This document shows, in pieces, positions 59,589 to 64,000 of a stretch of DNA of 64,000 nucleotides. Source of the DNA: Histomonas meleagridis 2922-C6/04-290x (lineage: Eukaryota; Protista; Parabasalia); the NCBI GenBank assembly GCA_020184695.1, contig JAANOX010000099.1, positions 350,719-414,718 of the forward strand. The letters run 5' to 3'. Both the position numbers and the translations under genes were made by a program. How positions within the stretch are numbered: position 1 is the first letter of the stretch; each line of letters starts with the position of its first letter. The notes beneath the pieces are model-generated. The model did no database searches. It saw only the letters and a list, made by a program, of their open reading frames with translations, and was not told where the DNA came from.

Positions 59589-62500
59589 TGTATGCTGTTC
59601 CATAAAACCTTAACGATGATGAAATTTCGAGCTGCAGGATGACTGAAGTTGAAGTAGGGTCGATAATCTATCCAAGCAAACTGAGTTTGTTCGCGAAGAT
59701 ATTAACCTTGATATCGATTCCCCCGTATCAACAATGAAGTGACGTGTAATGAGTACGATAGTGGCTGCTAAATTTTGACTGAATATAAGCATGTTATGAT
59801 ATCTCGGGAATTACCTCCTTTCAGATTATTAATGATAGGTAATTCTTCCAACGTTACAACTTTGGAAGAAAGAGGATGAACATTCAAGCTGCTGAATGTC
59901 GAAGCAGAAGATTTCGAAGCACGTAGAAGCGCGGCAAGGCGTGGACTATATTGAAGCGTGCTTATCCCGAAAGACAATATTTTAATAGTGTAAATATATT
60001 TTCTAATGTAATCGCAATAGATAAACGCTGCTTTACTAATGCAAGAAATTCTACTTGGAAATATGTTTTAATAATTGACCTGTTCGATGTGGATTTATTT
60101 TAATGATTTAGAATATTTTTGTAATATTTGACACCAATTAGTTGTCGCAGAATTATACGATGAAAATTTTGCGCTTCTTAGACAATCTAGTATTGGTAAT
60201 GTAAACATTAAATTATTACCAAAGAAATGGTATTTTCCAGACGTGTTGTTCTTTCGTATTTTGTTCTGGTGACACCTTCTGCCAACCACTGAGTCCATCG
60301 CGTTCGTGCTGATATCAAGCATGTTAGAGTGTTTAAACCTTTCATCAGGATTCCTGGCCTCAAGACTTTTTGCAAATACCACAATCCTTATTGTTCCTGC
60401 AACAGCAAAATCCTTCGGTTCCTATAATACTATCTGATGAATTGTACCAGACTTTCCAGAGTCCAGCAAAAGAGGAATAGTGGGTATCTTCATAGGTAAT
60501 TTGTGACTATAAAATGCCTAATCAGCAAAGAATGATTTTCAAGGTGGTTTTGAAAATGGCAGTTATGTCAAAAACAAGTGATATTGGCTGAAATGAGTAT
60601 TTATTAAAGTGTCTGCCAGATCAATGACCTGAGTAACTGGTGAAATTTATTCATTGAGAACACGACAAAAGAAAATTAACGGTTTTCTTGTCTTGAACCA
60701 CAAAAAATGGAGGATTTGAAAGCAGTGAACAGTCTCATATTAAAACGCTATTTAAAGTATATCTTAATTACCGCCAGCTTTCTTTATCAGAAAGCAAAAA
60801 CCAAGAAAAATAGTCACTGATAATTTGAATCAAGGGAATACAGGCACAGTTGCATGAAAGATTTTGTTGTAGTAATTTTGAGCCTAATATGATGTACTAT
60901 TGTGTATTACATCAAATTTTCAGACATTGCAAAAGATTTGTCGCGAAATCGCCGCCTTCCACTTTGTTGCCTGCATTCTCTCCCCATACGTGTATAAAAA
61001 GTTTGTTATTGATGAAAAATGTAGGCGCAACAAGTCACTGTCTCACTGTTTCTGACACCATCAGAGGCACTGCTAGTATCCTTTGCTTCTTCAATCTATT
61101 CTTTATTCCAGTTTTATCATTTATCTATAAATTATCAAGTATCTGTCATATACATGGTTAGTATTTCTTTCGTCTTTGTTGTGTGTTCAGAGATGTTATA
61201 TCATTGTGCCATTACAAGCTGATACACTCAAACCACGTCAAAAGAAGCCACAAAGTTGCAGCTGATTCATGTTCAGCAAGCGGGCTATGCAAGCGGATGT
61301 TCCAAGCTGCAGCATAAGCGCAAGCGCCTTTGTATATTTAAGCACAGGTTACGAGCTAGATACTGTTTTAACAAATGGTACGCCTGTTGTGTCGCTGCAG
61401 TATTGGACGTGAAACCGGGCATTCATATCGCCGCTATCATAAGTTATTATTTATTTCACAAATATCGAATCTTTTGACTTTGATATCTTTTTCGTTAAGT
61501 ATGCAAAGTATTCAGTATTCCAAAGTTTCGAGTTTCGTCGATGAAACCTTTCATATTGGAGTGCAACGGTCTCGTTATTTTGTATGTTGTCTAGCGTAAG
61601 GATTAATTTGATTAGTTGCTTGTGTTTGGTAACCCAGTAGATGGTCTCTGCAAAAATGGTACGAAAATCGACGACGCATTGTTGAAAACATGCCGAAATG
61701 GAGCAGTATCGGCTCTGAGCTGTTGTGGCATTCAGCTGCAAACCATCAACGTTGGCACCTCAAGAAAACGGTAAGGATTCGAAGTAAAAAAAGAAGAAAG
61801 GGCAAAGAAAATTAATTATTTATGTTGAACATTTCTTTATATAAATTTAACTGTATGCTTTTCAGGCTATTTTTCGATGAACCATATGGCATTAAATCGT
61901 GACAAGTGATGTATTACAATCTTTAAACAATGCAGCTGTGTATCCCCCAAGTACAACAGTATAACCAGTAAGATATCAAGTATTCAAATAAACTGTATTA
62001 ACATCAATTCCTTTATCTGAGTAATTTACACTATTTCTATATTATTATTTCTAACTGCGAGATGCTATTTCACCAAAACATAATAAAAGTATTCAAATAT
62101 TTTGCATTAACATACATATGTAAGAAACATCCGGGCACTTTATAATAACTGTTTTTAAACACAAATCTCTTCAACTAATCATAAAGTGTATCTTTGTCTA
62201 TTGAACAAAAGATCATCAGAAAAGTGGTGATATTACATCGTCGATAATGAACGACATATTAATTGATACTGTTTAAAATACATATTCTAACATTTAACTT
62301 TTATTCACATTTTCTTCTGATTATTGACATCTTCATTTCATCACTAATGTAGTATATCGAGTTTTCGACTTTATTATTGCCAGCTCTCTCATTAATATGA
62401 ATACTTCTATCTTTCACAGATCCTTTGATGCTTCAGTAAAATATTTATCTTTTTAGTTATATAAAGATAAACAATTGTACCTCTGTGGCCTAACGCTTTA

Positions 62501-64000
62501 ATTCTTCTAATGCGCTTTCGCGTCGCCAGCATGTAAAACTATACCTCAACGCAAGCCAAATCAAACTCATGCGAAAGCATCGCTCGTTTTATCGCATTAT
62601 CAATACACAAGGTTATCGATATCGACAACAATTCCCTTTCTTTCTTTGCATCGACCTTTCTTGATAATGTTGCGAACTATCGGCACTGTGTCTTTAAATT
62701 GTTGATGTTACTATGTTCATTTCAGATGCTTTCTTGAGTGACGCTCAACGCTTCCGAAATTGTATCCAAATATTGCAAGCTGTTGTTACCGCTAATCTGC
62801 CGACTGCACAGAAAATCTTATCGCTATCCATGTGTTGTGATCGCGCGGCTGAATGGCTTCTCTGGGATTTCGATCGCATCAAGCAGTTTTGCTTAGTGTG
62901 AACTGTCTTCGTGTGGCATTCGCTGGGAATGGAAGATTGCTTTGTTATGTGCTCCATGGCCTTCATATCTGTTTCCTAGGGTTTTCTCATCTTCGGCTCT
63001 TTTCTGTTTCCACCAGCTTTCAGTGGTTGTGCAGTGATAGGCATTTGTTGATCGTAGTTAGGAGCTCAAGCTGCCCGAATGACAAATTAGTCGTGGATCT
63101 GATGATCTTCTCACGAAATTGTGGATTTGTGGTTATGTCTTCAACCGGCCTGACAAAAAATATCGATTAACAAAGAGATTCATTCGAAGACGATATCTAT
63201 TAAATCTGGTGAATAACAGATTTAGGAGGAGGAGTGCTAATGTGTGCGTTGAATCTTCGGCAATAGTGCTTTTAAATAAGCGGCTTCGGCACCATTATCT
63301 TTCGGTGCTCTAAACTGCGGCGGTGAAGCAATATTTTAATTCTATTGTTTTTCTAGCATCATCAATGCACATCTACGACTGGAAGACAAACAAGCTCCGC
63401 TTCCTATTTGAATGAGAGTTTGGACGGGGTGTGCTGCTTCTGTATAATATGAGAATTGCTTTAGCCATAGTCTCTTGTGAGCAAATACTCCCTACGGTAA
63501 ACTCTTCATGTCATTGAACTAGCACTAAGTGATCATCCTTGAAGTCAGAGTGATCTGTTAACGACCAAACTATATTTCAAGTCATGTGTCGAATGAAACC
63601 AACACGTCGAAAATCATTGGAAACCATTTATTCAATCGAAGCTCATTCTTTGTTTAATAATCGATATGCTTATTATTGTGATAATATTCAAGAAAGCAAA
63701 CAAAAAATGAAAAGTAACTGAGCTTATTTTCCCATTAGTAAGAAATGTTAATCCGATCTTTCCAGCATAAATTTTTTATATTGAAACAGATAAAATAATT
63801 GGCGAGCGAAGCTGACTGAAAATGGTAATTATGTTTTCAGCCAACTGGTTCTTCTCATTGCTGAATCAACCTCTTCCTGGAGACATCGCCAGATCGTGTA
63901 ACACTGTATCCTTAAGTCCCAGAAAATTCATTCCTAGTGAGTCGATTAAAACTTCAGCAATGGTTTCTTTCAGCTTTCCCTCAATATGTTTTGCATGCGC

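Larger units (their letters stand above)
54590..64000. repeat. Giant fold-back palindrome, apex ~59582-59591 (probable read/assembly artefact)
   Basis: GGAACAGCAT-gcctggatgt-ATGCTGTTCC at the apex. 59592-64000 is a heavily indel-ridden reverse complement of 59581 back to ~54590 (PPase fragment, PSMB3 copy, STE24, STI1, NAC-beta). Confidence 0.92.

Noticed and set aside
59592-64000. Short ORFs in the track beyond 59.6 kb
   Set aside because: They are fragments of the noisy reverse-complement arm of upstream genes.

Overview
AT-rich eukaryotic DNA with long intron-free ORFs, TCAY(T/A)-type initiators, stop codons inside TAAA signals and DUF3447-like ankyrin genes. These features point to a parabasalid (Tritrichomonas/Trichomonas-like) genome, which is an inference. 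Recognisable housekeeping genes are a WDR7-like WD40 protein, a cyclin, calreticulin, proteasome beta3, a large BEACH protein, a UBX protein, a RalGAP-like protein, a tetraspanin, SRAP/HMCES, USP7, RNase H2C, a Polo kinase, PP2A-B55, NAC-beta, STI1 and STE24. They are interspersed with transposon remnants and six ankyrin loci. The main unexplained signal is in those ankyrin loci. Nearly every repeat is interrupted at the same point (between K-D and x-T-A-L) by an AT-rich spacer. Most spacers break the reading frame, there is no conserved GT-AG, and their lengths mostly step by 20 nt (D-to-T distance 43, 63, 83 or 103 nt; unit period usually exactly 170 nt). The ankyrin segments of the multi-unit arrays stay essentially stop-free and vary at binding-surface positions. 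Also present are a 3.9/4.5 kb inverted duplication around the BEACH gene and a DD34E transposase apparently fused to a Myb repeat. The last ~9.4 kb is a fold-back palindrome (apex ~59,587) with a very noisy second arm, most likely a long-read or amplification artefact. Scattered homopolymer indels suggest imperfect polishing throughout.
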